NCBI GenBank assembly: GCA_965208835.1
Contig: OZ242358.1
Location: forward strand, 512,001 to 576,000
DNA length: 64,000 bases
From: Candidatus Latescibacterota bacterium
Lineage (GTDB): Bacteria > Latescibacterota > UBA2968 > GCA-2709665
Reading direction: 5' to 3'
Part shown: positions 49,456 through 58,743 of the stretch, piece after piece
How positions within the stretch are numbered: position 1 is the first letter of the stretch
Layout of the letters: each line of letters starts with the position of its first letter
Translations under genes and position numbers: made by a program
Notes under the pieces: model-generated
The model's database searches: none
Seen by the model: only the letters and a program-made list of their open reading frames with translations
Told to the model about the DNA's origin: nothing

Positions 49456-51363
49456 ATGACTGACGCGTTGCCCGAAATCGCCCTGGTCCAGATGGACGTG
49501 AAGCCGGCGCGGCCGGACCTGAACGTCAAGACCATGCTGCATTACATCGACAATGCCAGGGCGGCCGGCGCGGAACTGATCGTCTTTTCGGAACTCTGCA
49601 TTTCCGGCTACATTCTGGGCGACCTGTGGGAGGTGGACGCGCTGGTCGAGGATTTCGCGGCGTACAGCGAGACGATCCGCGAGGCCAGCCAGGACATTAC
49701 CGTACTCTTCGGGAACGTGGCGGTGGATCGCGCGCAGATCGGCGAAGACGGCCGGTTACGGAAGTATAATGCCGTCCATGTCTGCGCCGACGGCGGCTAC
49801 GTGGCGCGGGAAAACGTCCCGGCAGGACTTCCCGCGGGCGTTCAACCCAAGACGCTGCATCCGAACTACCGGTTCTTCGACGACGACCGCCATTTCTACT
49901 CGCTTCGCAAACAGGCCGATGCCCGCGGGAAATCCGTCTACGACTGGACCGTGCCGTTCGAGGTCCGCCTGAGGGATGGACGGACGTTCCGGTTCGGCGT
50001 GCAACTCTGCGAAGATATCTGGTGCCGGGACTACAGCTATAGGGAAGAGATTCTGGATACGCTGCGCGTCTTCCACGACCGGGGGGCGCAGGCGCTGTTC
50101 AATCTGTCCTCGTCCCCATGGACGTGGCAGAAGAACGCAAAGCGAAACCGGGTCGTCACGGATATTCTGCGGCGTTCTCCCATCCCTGTCTTCTACGTCA
50201 ATCAGGTTGGCGCGCAGAACAACGGAAAGAACATCATCGTCTTCGATGGCGATACGACGGTCTATTCCCCTGACGGCGAAATCCTGCGCCGGGCGAGCCC
50301 CTGGCGGGAGCAGATGGTGCTTAGCCGCGGCGGAGACCCGCCCGCCGCTTCCCAGGACGAAATGGCCGCGATCTACGATGCCATCCTGACCGGACTGCGG
50401 CATCTGGACGATATCCGCGAGAGGGAGAACCGGTTTCTGGTTGGCGTCAGCGGAGGCATCGACTCGAGCGTCGCGGTATCCATGCTCGCGCAGGCGTTCG
50501 GAGCCGAGCGGGTGTTCGCGGTGAATATGCCCACGCGGTTCAACGCGTCCATTACGCAGAAAAACGCGCGGCAGGTCTGCCGGACGCTCGAGGTGGATTA
50601 CCTGAGTTGCCCGATCCAGGACCTGTACGAGTACCTGTCCGATAAAATCAAAGGCGTGAGCTTTTCCAGCACGACGGGCGTCTATACCCGCCTTGTTGAC
50701 GAGAACCTTCAGGCGCGCATCCGTGGTGCGGATATTCTGGCCGGACTGGCCGCCAGATTCGGGCTGGTCTTCACAAACAACGGCAACAAGACCGAGACGG
50801 CGCTGGGCTACGCCACGCTCTACGGGGACGTGAACGGCGCCGTGGCCCCGATCGCGGACCTCTATAAGGTCCAGGTGCTGCAACTGGCACGGTTCCTGAA
50901 CGAAGAGGTGTTCGGCAGGGAGGTCATTCCGGATAACCTGATCAGCGGCGAGACGGTGCCCAGCGCGGAACTTTCCGAGGCGCAGGACGTAACCCGGGGC
51001 CTTGGCGACCCTATCAAATACGGTTACCACGATGCCATGCTTCGCCAGATCATCGAATACCGGAAAGACCCGGTGGATTTTCTGCAATGGTTCGTGAACG
51101 GAATTCTGCTGGACGAGATCGGGTGGAGTGACAGGGAGAAATTCCGCGCGTGGTTTCCCGACGTAAACAGCTGGATTGAAGACCTGGAGTGGATCGCACG
51201 GCAGGTGCGGATCAACTTCTTCAAGCGCGTCCAGGCGCCGCCGATCATCGTGCTCAGCAAACGCGCGTTCGGGTTTGATCTGCGCGAAAGCCAGTTGCCG
51301 GCGTATGAGACCCGGCGCTACGGGGAATTGAAAGCGCTGGCGCTTTCCATGGAGATATCTTAG
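49456..51363 (+). CDS. nadE: Glutamine-dependent NAD+ synthetase
   Basis: Nitrilase domain (FSEL, K..PNY, CEDIW) plus SGGIDS, NLQARIR, GNKTE, YATLYGD, PSAEL. Confidence 0.95.
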   Translation: MTDALPEIALVQMDVKPARPDLNVKTMLHYIDNARAAGAELIVFSELCISGYILGDLWEVDALVEDFAAYSETIREASQDITVLFGNVAVDRAQIGEDGRLRKYNAVHVCADGGYVARENVPAGLPAGVQPKTLHPNYRFFDDDRHFYSLRKQADARGKSVYDWTVPFEVRLRDGRTFRFGVQLCEDIWCRDYSYREEILDTLRVFHDRGAQALFNLSSSPWTWQKNAKRNRVVTDILRRSPIPVFYVNQVGAQNNGKNIIVFDGDTTVYSPDGEILRRASPWREQMVLSRGGDPPAASQDEMAAIYDAILTGLRHLDDIRERENRFLVGVSGGIDSSVAVSMLAQAFGAERVFAVNMPTRFNASITQKNARQVCRTLEVDYLSCPIQDLYEYLSDKIKGVSFSSTTGVYTRLVDENLQARIRGADILAGLAARFGLVFTNNGNKTETALGYATLYGDVNGAVAPIADLYKVQVLQLARFLNEEVFGREVIPDNLISGETVPSAELSEAQDVTRGLGDPIKYGYHDAMLRQIIEYRKDPVDFLQWFVNGILLDEIGWSDREKFRAWFPDVNSWIEDLEWIARQVRINFFKRVQAPPIIVLSKRAFGFDLRESQLPAYETRRYGELKALALSMEIS

Positions 51364-51500
51364 AGGCGGTGAGACGGTAGACGTAAGAGGTTAGAGATCA
51401 CCCGCCTCGTTGGGTTTCAATTCATGCCGGAGGCATAGGGGAGAAGAAAATCGGCAAAGATCTCTTCTCCCGTCTCCCCTCTCCCGTCTACCCACTTTTA
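51361..51500. mobile_element. ~140-bp heptamer-armed MITE-like repeat, copy D
   Basis: TAGAGGCGGTGAGACGG...TCATGCCGGAGGCA...CGGCAAAG...CCCACTTTTA. It begins at the nadE TAG and has an extra right-arm fragment at ~51510-51537. Confidence 0.78.
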
Positions 51501-51583
51501 GGCTTTTCGCCGCCCGTCTCCCGGCTTACGTCTTCCCGGATCAATGCTTTATCGCATCAGCAGTCGACGTTGGTTATTTCGAA

Positions 51584-52453
51584 ATGACATCCATACAGAC
51601 CGCGATATCAGGAATCAAAGCGACCGTGGGCGTGTCGGCCCGGCACCTGGAATCCGGCAGGGAGATTCGACACAACGCGGACGACGTGTTTTTCACCGCG
51701 AGTACGCTGAAGGTCCCCGTACTCGTGGAACTCTACCGGCAGGTGGACCTCGGCATTATCGACCTGAACCGGCGCGTCGAGCTCACCGACAGCCTTCGCG
51801 TGCCCGGCTCGGGCATCCTCAAGGAAATGACAGCGGGTATCAACCCCACGGTGCATGATCTGGCCATGCTGATGATTATCATCAGCGACAACACCGCGAC
51901 GGATATTCTCTACGATCTGGTTGGCAGCGACAATCTCGACAACACGATGCGGGAACTCGGACTCCATCAGACCCGCATCCCGATGACGGTCAGGCAACTG
52001 CTCTTCAGCGTCGTCGGTCTCGACCCGGAGAATGCCGACCACACCTGCGACCTCTGCGCCCAGCGGCTGTTCAATGAGGAATACGTCTACGCCGGAGCGG
52101 GTTACGATCCCGACCGGTCCGACGTTTCCTCTCCGGCCGATATGTGCAGACTCCTCGAACTGCTTTATTCGGGTGATATCCTGTCGTCCGCGTCCCGCAA
52201 GGGCGCACTGGACATCCTGAAGCGCCAGCAACTCAGGACCGTGATCCCGTACGCGCTGCCCGTAGGGACCACGGTTGCTCACAAGACGGGTTTCTATCTG
52301 GGCGTGCGCGCAGACGCGGGCATCGTCTATTCGCCCACCGGCCCGTATACCATCGCCATCATGGCCAAACACGTCACGTGCCGTGACCGGATGGCATTCG
52401 ACCTCAGCCTCGCGGCGCTTTCGCGAGCCGTCTACGACGCGCTGGTCGAATAA
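51584..52453 (+). CDS. Class A beta-lactamase-like serine hydrolase
   Basis: SxxK (ASTLK), SDN, KTG. Confidence 0.85.
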   Translation: MTSIQTAISGIKATVGVSARHLESGREIRHNADDVFFTASTLKVPVLVELYRQVDLGIIDLNRRVELTDSLRVPGSGILKEMTAGINPTVHDLAMLMIIISDNTATDILYDLVGSDNLDNTMRELGLHQTRIPMTVRQLLFSVVGLDPENADHTCDLCAQRLFNEEYVYAGAGYDPDRSDVSSPADMCRLLELLYSGDILSSASRKGALDILKRQQLRTVIPYALPVGTTVAHKTGFYLGVRADAGIVYSPTGPYTIAIMAKHVTCRDRMAFDLSLAALSRAVYDALVE

Positions 52454-52486
52454 AAGCCTGATGGGACTACGGAGGAGAGACGCGAA

Positions 52487-53218
52487 TTGGAAAAGGCCGT
52501 TGAAACCAATCTCGACGCACTCCGGAACTCGCGATATCCGGGACGGGGCATCGTCATCGGCCGGACGCCCGACGCCAGACACTTCGTCCAGGTCTACTGG
52601 ATCATGGGCAGGAGTGCCGGGAGCCGGAACCGGGTCTTCGTCGCCGATAACGAGACGGTCAGGACCCGGGCATTCGACGAGTCCGTGCTGGAAAGCCCGA
52701 GCCTCGTCGTCTATCGTCCGATCCGAGTCCTGAACGCCTGTCACATCGTTTCCAACGGCGACCATACGGACACCATTTGCGACGCGATAAAGGACGGCGG
52801 CTCCTTCGAATCGGCCCTGAACACGCGCACATTCGAACCCGATCCTCCCATCTTCACGCCGCGTATCGCCGGCATCGTGGACCTGGACGATTCCGGGGCC
52901 GCCTACAGGATCGGCATTCTGAAAGCCCTTGCCGGGAACGGCGAATCCGCGTCCAGACAGTACTTCAGCTACGAAACGGCCGTACCCGGAATCGGCCATT
53001 GCATCACGACATACACGGACGACGGAGATCCCCCGCCGGCATTCTTCGGCGAACCGTATGCCGTCGAGCTGCATGACGGAATCGAAACGACCCGCGATTT
53101 TTACTGGAATCTGCTTGACGAAGCGAACCGGGTATCCCTGCTCGTCAAGTTTATCGATGTGGCGTCGGGAGACACCAACCTCAGAATCGTCAACAAGCAT
53201 CGCAAGCGGAAATGCTGA
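52487..53218 (+). CDS. purO: IMP cyclohydrolase-like protein (PurO type)
   Basis: YPGRGIVIG, YWIMGRS..SRNR, SNGDHTD, FEPD.P.FTPRI; TTG start with a GGAGG RBS. Confidence 0.78.
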   Translation: MEKAVETNLDALRNSRYPGRGIVIGRTPDARHFVQVYWIMGRSAGSRNRVFVADNETVRTRAFDESVLESPSLVVYRPIRVLNACHIVSNGDHTDTICDAIKDGGSFESALNTRTFEPDPPIFTPRIAGIVDLDDSGAAYRIGILKALAGNGESASRQYFSYETAVPGIGHCITTYTDDGDPPPAFFGEPYAVELHDGIETTRDFYWNLLDEANRVSLLVKFIDVASGDTNLRIVNKHRKRKC

Positions 53219-53916
53219 ATACCCTCAAACAATTCTGGCCCGCGATCGTCTGCGCCATCGTCGCCCTGGTGTTCTGGGACACGCCCTACGTCAAACCGTT
53301 CCGGGTCTTCATGGTGCTCATCCACGAAATGGGCCACGCGGCGGCCACCCTGGCGACGGGAGGCGAAGTCCTTGAAGTCCGCATCAACTGGGACGAATCC
53401 GGCCACGCGCAGAGCCGGGGTGGTATCTTTCCGATCATCGCCTCTGCGGGATACGTGGGATCTGCTTTTCTTGGCGCTTTTTTCATCTACGTCAGTTCCT
53501 GGCCGCTGCTGCAGCGGATTCTGCTTGCCGGAATCGGCTTCCTCTCTATAGGGATGGCGGTGCGTTATACCCCGTTCGGCAGCATCGATTTCCTGTTTGG
53601 ACTCGCGAGCGGCTTCATGCTTCTGGTGCCCGCGGTCCTGCTCCCCAGAGTTGCGCGGTGGGTGGCCACGTGGGTCGGCGTGATGCTCTGTCTCTATAGC
53701 CTCTACGACTTCCGGACCGACCTCTGGCAATATGCCGAACGCACCGACGCCGGCATTCTCGCCCGGCACTGGGATGCGCCGGTCCTGGCCTATCCGATCG
53801 CCCTGGTCTGGGCGCTGATCTCCATCTACGCGATGTATCGATCCATGAAGTCGGTCGTGCGGAGGGGCCGGATCCGGGACGCGCGCGACAACGCGGTTTC
53901 CGAGGGCGAGGTATGA
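53212..53916 (+). CDS. M50B-like intramembrane metallopeptidase
   Basis: HEMGH, AGY, TDA and several TM segments. Confidence 0.85.
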   Translation: MLNTLKQFWPAIVCAIVALVFWDTPYVKPFRVFMVLIHEMGHAAATLATGGEVLEVRINWDESGHAQSRGGIFPIIASAGYVGSAFLGAFFIYVSSWPLLQRILLAGIGFLSIGMAVRYTPFGSIDFLFGLASGFMLLVPAVLLPRVARWVATWVGVMLCLYSLYDFRTDLWQYAERTDAGILARHWDAPVLAYPIALVWALISIYAMYRSMKSVVRRGRIRDARDNAVSEGEV

Positions 53917-54006
53917 GCTGAGGTCTCCCTGGCCCGCGGCGCGTGCGAAAGACCTGCCGGAAGGTCGCGCCGGTTCGGTTCATCACAATACTCGAGGTTG
54001 CCCGAA

Positions 54007-54768
54007 ATGCATACCAGTCAGGTACTTTCCGCCCGGGATTTCGAATATCGGCAACGGGACGGGTACGGTTTTCAGCGCGTGCCCTTCGAATCCTTCTGTC
54101 CCGATTACAATGAGTCGGACCGCACGGGCATCGTCTCCCCGTTTCTGGAAGACGGCATCATCCACACCTCGCATGCGATTCTGGCTCTGACCACGGCCTT
54201 TTACGACGCATGGCGCGCCCGGACGGACGACTTCTTCATCTATCCCCATCACTTCGCCATTCTCGACATTTCGGCGGAAGGGGTCAATTCGGGAAGCGGA
54301 CGCCTTCGCCTGGACAGGGATCGTCTGGGGTGGCCGTGGGGCAACCTGGACGTGTGGCCGGACTCCCAGTGGGTTCCGTCCGACGGCAGCGTGTACGGTG
54401 CGCTCAAGAGCGCTTTCGATCTCCATATCAACCGCCTGTTCTGGCCCGAGTCGTTTGTCCCCGGCGAAGGTGAAGACAAGCTGCCCGAGTACGCGCTCAA
54501 GATCATGCGGACCCGCCTCAAAGCGGTGTTCTATTACCGAACGATCGAGCCCAATATCGAGATTCGCGGCAATTCGAATGCGGATCAGGTCGCGAAGCAA
54601 AGCGTATGGCGGCTTTCTCAACTCGAGGGTCTGTCGGCGGAGCATCTGCCCGTGTCGGACGATGAGAATGAATCACGAACCGGCCATTTTTGCGTGGAAC
54701 GGTATCGCAGGGTCAACCCGGAGCAGTTTCTGGAAGACGTGGGCGTCTGCTTCGCAGGTCGTGGGTAA
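54007..54768 (+). CDS. Hypothetical protein
   Basis: ORF within the co-oriented run, GAGG RBS, protein-like composition (TTAFYD, YPHHF, LDVWP). Confidence 0.7.
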   Translation: MHTSQVLSARDFEYRQRDGYGFQRVPFESFCPDYNESDRTGIVSPFLEDGIIHTSHAILALTTAFYDAWRARTDDFFIYPHHFAILDISAEGVNSGSGRLRLDRDRLGWPWGNLDVWPDSQWVPSDGSVYGALKSAFDLHINRLFWPESFVPGEGEDKLPEYALKIMRTRLKAVFYYRTIEPNIEIRGNSNADQVAKQSVWRLSQLEGLSAEHLPVSDDENESRTGHFCVERYRRVNPEQFLEDVGVCFAGRG

Positions 54769-54812
54769 GAGGCGCCCGGACAGAAGAGACGAATTGATTT
54801 ACGAGGTGCCCG

Positions 54813-56168
54813 ATGCGAGACACACGAGGCTCACATCGGCGACCGGGGAGCGACGGTCCCGACCATCCCGTGCGCGTGGGTCTGATCGGCGCCGGGAAAT
54901 TCGGAACGATGTTTCTGGCCCAGGCCCGCCGGATTCCAGGTCTTCATGTACTGGGTGTGGCCGATCTTTCCATTGATCGTGCGCGTGACGCGCTTGCGCG
55001 CGCAGAGTGGCCCCCTTCCCAATTCGCCGCAACGGACTTCGACAACGCACTCAAGTCCGGAGGCACTCACGTCACGGACGACGCCGATTCTCTCGTCGGC
55101 GCCGGGGGCCTGGACGTTCTGGTCGAAGCCACAGGCAATCCGCTCGCCGGCATCCGCTATGCCCTGAACGCCATCCGGGAAGGCCGCCACCTGGTCATGG
55201 TCAACGTCGAAGCCGACGTTCTCGCGGGTCCCGTACTGGCGCAGCGGGCAAAGACCGCCGGCCTCGTCTACTCGCTTGCCTATGGCGACCAGCCCGCCCT
55301 GATCTGCGAACTCGTGGACTGGGCGCGTACCAACGGATTCGAAGTGGTCTGCGCGGGAAAGGGTACGAAACACCGGCCCGTGTATCACGCATCCACGCCC
55401 GATACGGTGTGGGACCACTACGGAATCGATGCGGAAACAGCGTCGCGCGGCGGGATGAACCCGAGAATGTTCAATTCCTTTCTGGACGGCACGAAATCGG
55501 CCATTGAGATGGCCGCCGTCTCGAACGCCACGGGACTCGAACCGCAGCCGGAGGGTCTGAACTTCCCGCCCTGCGGCTTCGACCGGCTCCCGGACGTCTG
55601 CCGGCCCCGGGACGAGGGCGGCGGGCTCTCTCATAAGGGAACGGTCGAGGTCGTCTCCTGCGTGTATCCGGACGGCTCGCCCGTGGACCGGCACCTGCGA
55701 TGGGGCGTGTACGTCACCATTGAAGGGTCGGGAGACTATATCCGGCGCTGTTTCACGGAATACGGGCTGCCCACGGACGCTACCGGACGGTACACCGCCG
55801 TCTACCGCCCCTATCACCTTGTGGGCATGGAACTTGCCACCAGCGTGATGCGTGCCGGGACTCACGGCGAAGCGACCGGCACTCCACGTGCGTTTGTCGC
55901 GGACGTCGCCGCCACCGCCAAGCGGGACCTCGCCGCGGGGGAGACCCTCGATGGAGAGGGCGGGTACCGTGTTTACGGGAAACTCATGCCGGCTGCAAGT
56001 GCTGTCAGGGACGGAATCCTGCCTGTCGGCCTGGCTCACCAACTCAGGCTGAAACGCCGAATTGCCGCCGGCCGGCAGATCCATAGGACCGACGTGGAAC
56101 TCGACGAAGACAGCGACGTTCTCCGCATCCGAAAAGAAATGGAACGAACGCTTTCGGATGTGGCGTGA
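54813..56168 (+). CDS. NAD(P)-dependent oxidoreductase, homoserine dehydrogenase-like, with a C-terminal SAF domain
   Basis: GLIGAGKFG, MVNVEAD, GDQP, SFLDGTK, AKRDL..GE.LDGEGG. Confidence 0.88.
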   Translation: MRDTRGSHRRPGSDGPDHPVRVGLIGAGKFGTMFLAQARRIPGLHVLGVADLSIDRARDALARAEWPPSQFAATDFDNALKSGGTHVTDDADSLVGAGGLDVLVEATGNPLAGIRYALNAIREGRHLVMVNVEADVLAGPVLAQRAKTAGLVYSLAYGDQPALICELVDWARTNGFEVVCAGKGTKHRPVYHASTPDTVWDHYGIDAETASRGGMNPRMFNSFLDGTKSAIEMAAVSNATGLEPQPEGLNFPPCGFDRLPDVCRPRDEGGGLSHKGTVEVVSCVYPDGSPVDRHLRWGVYVTIEGSGDYIRRCFTEYGLPTDATGRYTAVYRPYHLVGMELATSVMRAGTHGEATGTPRAFVADVAATAKRDLAAGETLDGEGGYRVYGKLMPAASAVRDGILPVGLAHQLRLKRRIAAGRQIHRTDVELDEDSDVLRIRKEMERTLSDVA

Positions 56169-56234
56169 TGCCGTTGCCGATTTTCGGACATTCGGGAAGT
56201 CGATTTTGCGTCGCATAACGAGGAGACACCGCCA

Positions 56235-58094
56235 ATGCACGCATCTCAGGATCTCGGCAACGGGTTCCGCCACCACGGCGTCGCGACAGACATCGCCAAC
56301 AGCCGCGGGCTCGTCGCCACCGTGGACGGGCAGGGCCGGAACGTGGTCCTGTTCTGGTTGTACGATCGCAGGGGCTGCTACGGCCTTCTGCTGATCGACG
56401 CGGAGACCGGCGCCAGCGAACAGTTCCCCCTTCCTTTTCCTCCGGGCGATGACTTCAACGCGTGTCCGTTTTCGTCAATTCTCACCAGCGGCAACCTTTT
56501 CTGCACCCATTTTCACAGCCACTTCCTGGCCTTCGACGCCGTCGAACGGGCGTTTACGGTCTGCCACGAGACCGTGCCGCAGATGGCCATGGGCATGACC
56601 GAAGACGATGACGGCCGCATCTGGGCGGCTACCCACCCGGATAGCGGCGTTACGTGTTACGATCCCCGTACCGATGCCTTCAGGGACTACGGCCACGTCT
56701 ACAAGCAGAACTGGCGGCAATATCCGCGTTCGGTTGCGGCCGACGATGCGGGATGGATCTATTTCGGTATCGGCAGCACTGCCAGCCAGATTATCTGCCT
56801 GGAGCCGAACTCGGGGGCCGTGGAGCCCGTGTTGTCAGACGACGAACGCGTCCACGGTAGCGGCCACGTCTATCGCGACCTCAACGGGAAGGTCTACGGA
56901 CATAGCGGGGACAACGCCACAGGCTGGCTCGAACTCTACAAAGGCGCGCGAAGGCCGGTCGGGACGACCGAGCGACAGAACGAAAAACCGGTCGTAACAG
57001 GCAGCCAGGGACTCTTCCACCGGAACTTCCCGGACGGAAAACGCATCGTGGCCTGCGATCTGGAGGCGCGTACGCTATCGGTTGAAGATCCCGATTCCGA
57101 TGAAATCCATGAAGTCGATTTCGATTACACGACCGAAGGCGCCCACGTGATGGGCCTCGCCGCGGCGCCCGACGAAACCATCTGCGGGGGCACCACGTTT
57201 CCCGCTCGTTTCTTCTGCTACAATCCCGATTCGGACAGCTGGATCAACCGTCCCAACCTTGGCCAGTGGAACACGGTCGCCAGGCAGACGGACCGTTTTT
57301 TTGCCGGCGGTTATACCGGGGGTTTTCTTCTGGAATGGGATCCCGCCGGCACGTGGGTGCCTACGAAAAAGGAAAACCCCGGTTCCAATCCGCGTTTCCT
57401 GACCGAATGCAAACCCGCCATCAACCGGCCGCATACGCTGCTTGCCCATCCCGATGGGAAGACGGTCATCCTGGCGGGCACGCCGGACTACGGCCGCACG
57501 GGCGGCGGAATGCTGTTCTGGGACCGGGAAACCGGGTCGCGCGAACTGCTCGAACACACCGATATTCTCCCCGATCACAGCACGATGAGCCTGGTCGCCC
57601 TTACGGACGGCAACCTCCTGGGCGGCTCCACCACCAATCCGGGAACCGGCGGCGAGCAAAAGGCGGAAGAAGCCGAACTCTACCTGATGGAACTGGAAAC
57701 CCGGCGGGTCCTGTGGCGTGAGGCCGTTTTCCCCGGCGCGCAATCGTACACGGATCTCTGTTTCGCTCGGGACGGACTCGTCTATGGGGTTGTAGACCAG
57801 GAACGATTCTTTGCGTTCGATCCCGATTCCAGGGAGGTCATTCGTAGCGAACGTACGACGGAGTGCTACGGGCTGACGGCCAGACAGCAGGGCCCACGCG
57901 TCTTCGTGACCACGCCGGCAGGCAGCGTCTACATGCTCTTCGTCAGGGGAATCGTCCGCGTCAACCCGTCAGACCACAGCCTCACCATACTGGCCGCGTC
58001 TCCGGTACCTGTCAGTTTCGGAGGGGATTGGCTGAACGGACGCATCTACTTCGGAAGCGGCTCCCACGTCTACAGCTACGGGGATTGCGAGTAG
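56235..58094 (+). CDS. Uncharacterised beta-propeller protein
   Basis: Repeated DG.I(Y/W)GG / .DP. blade motifs; no signal peptide. Confidence 0.7.
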   Translation: MHASQDLGNGFRHHGVATDIANSRGLVATVDGQGRNVVLFWLYDRRGCYGLLLIDAETGASEQFPLPFPPGDDFNACPFSSILTSGNLFCTHFHSHFLAFDAVERAFTVCHETVPQMAMGMTEDDDGRIWAATHPDSGVTCYDPRTDAFRDYGHVYKQNWRQYPRSVAADDAGWIYFGIGSTASQIICLEPNSGAVEPVLSDDERVHGSGHVYRDLNGKVYGHSGDNATGWLELYKGARRPVGTTERQNEKPVVTGSQGLFHRNFPDGKRIVACDLEARTLSVEDPDSDEIHEVDFDYTTEGAHVMGLAAAPDETICGGTTFPARFFCYNPDSDSWINRPNLGQWNTVARQTDRFFAGGYTGGFLLEWDPAGTWVPTKKENPGSNPRFLTECKPAINRPHTLLAHPDGKTVILAGTPDYGRTGGGMLFWDRETGSRELLEHTDILPDHSTMSLVALTDGNLLGGSTTNPGTGGEQKAEEAELYLMELETRRVLWREAVFPGAQSYTDLCFARDGLVYGVVDQERFFAFDPDSREVIRSERTTECYGLTARQQGPRVFVTTPAGSVYMLFVRGIVRVNPSDHSLTILAASPVPVSFGGDWLNGRIYFGSGSHVYSYGDCE

Positions 58095-58104
58095 GTGAGG
58101 AAGG

Positions 58105-58743
58105 CTAGAATTCGTACTCCCGATCCCTGATCCGAAATCCAAGAAGCGACGCGCGTCCCTCCTGGTCGATCTGCACGAGCGCGGCGAAATCCCCGGGATG
58201 CTTCCGGATATCTTCGATGATCCGCTCGCGTTTCCGCTCCGGAACGTCGCAGTAGGAGATACCGAAGTCCACGAATTCCTGCCATATAGACGCCCACGCG
58301 ACGGCTTCGTCCTTTCCCAGGGCTCCAAACGGTTTTTCCTCGTGTCCGGTCGCCACCGAATCCGCCTTCCACTCGCCCGTCGACTTCTTCCGCAGCAGTA
58401 CGTGAATGGGCATATGACGGCGGGCCGCTTTGCCACGGATCAATGCGTTCCCCGCCGATAGCTCTTGCGGCTTTTCCCTGGATGTTTTTTGGACGGTCCA
58501 CGTGGAATCCAACTGCATGCTCAGCGAAACGTAGACCGTTTCTCCCCTCTTTTGACGGACCTTGAGCCGCGCGACGTCATAGTCCAATAGGATACCCGAC
58601 CCTCGCATCACATCCCGAAGATTCGTTACCTTCGCGGAGAGCCATATCTTTCTTCCCGACTCTTCCCGGCCCAGGGGCAACGCGGCCAGGATGCCGATCT
58701 GCACGAGCAGCGCGGCGGCAAACCAGACGTATCTTTTAGCCAT
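58105..58743 (-). CDS. GDYXXLXY-like membrane-anchored protein
   Basis: N-terminal TM helix, degenerate RDVMRGSGILLDY motif, FGI..VPE; adjacent to a DUF2157 gene. Confidence 0.7.
   Translation of the reverse strand: MAKRYVWFAAALLVQIGILAALPLGREESGRKIWLSAKVTNLRDVMRGSGILLDYDVARLKVRQKRGETVYVSLSMQLDSTWTVQKTSREKPQELSAGNALIRGKAARRHMPIHVLLRKKSTGEWKADSVATGHEEKPFGALGKDEAVAWASIWQEFVDFGISYCDVPERKRERIIEDIRKHPGDFAALVQIDQEGRASLLGFRIRDREYEF

Noticed and set aside
5431-51500. CRISPR interpretation of the repeated elements
   Set aside because: The copies are dispersed and degenerate, with no repeat-spacer periodicity and no cas genes.
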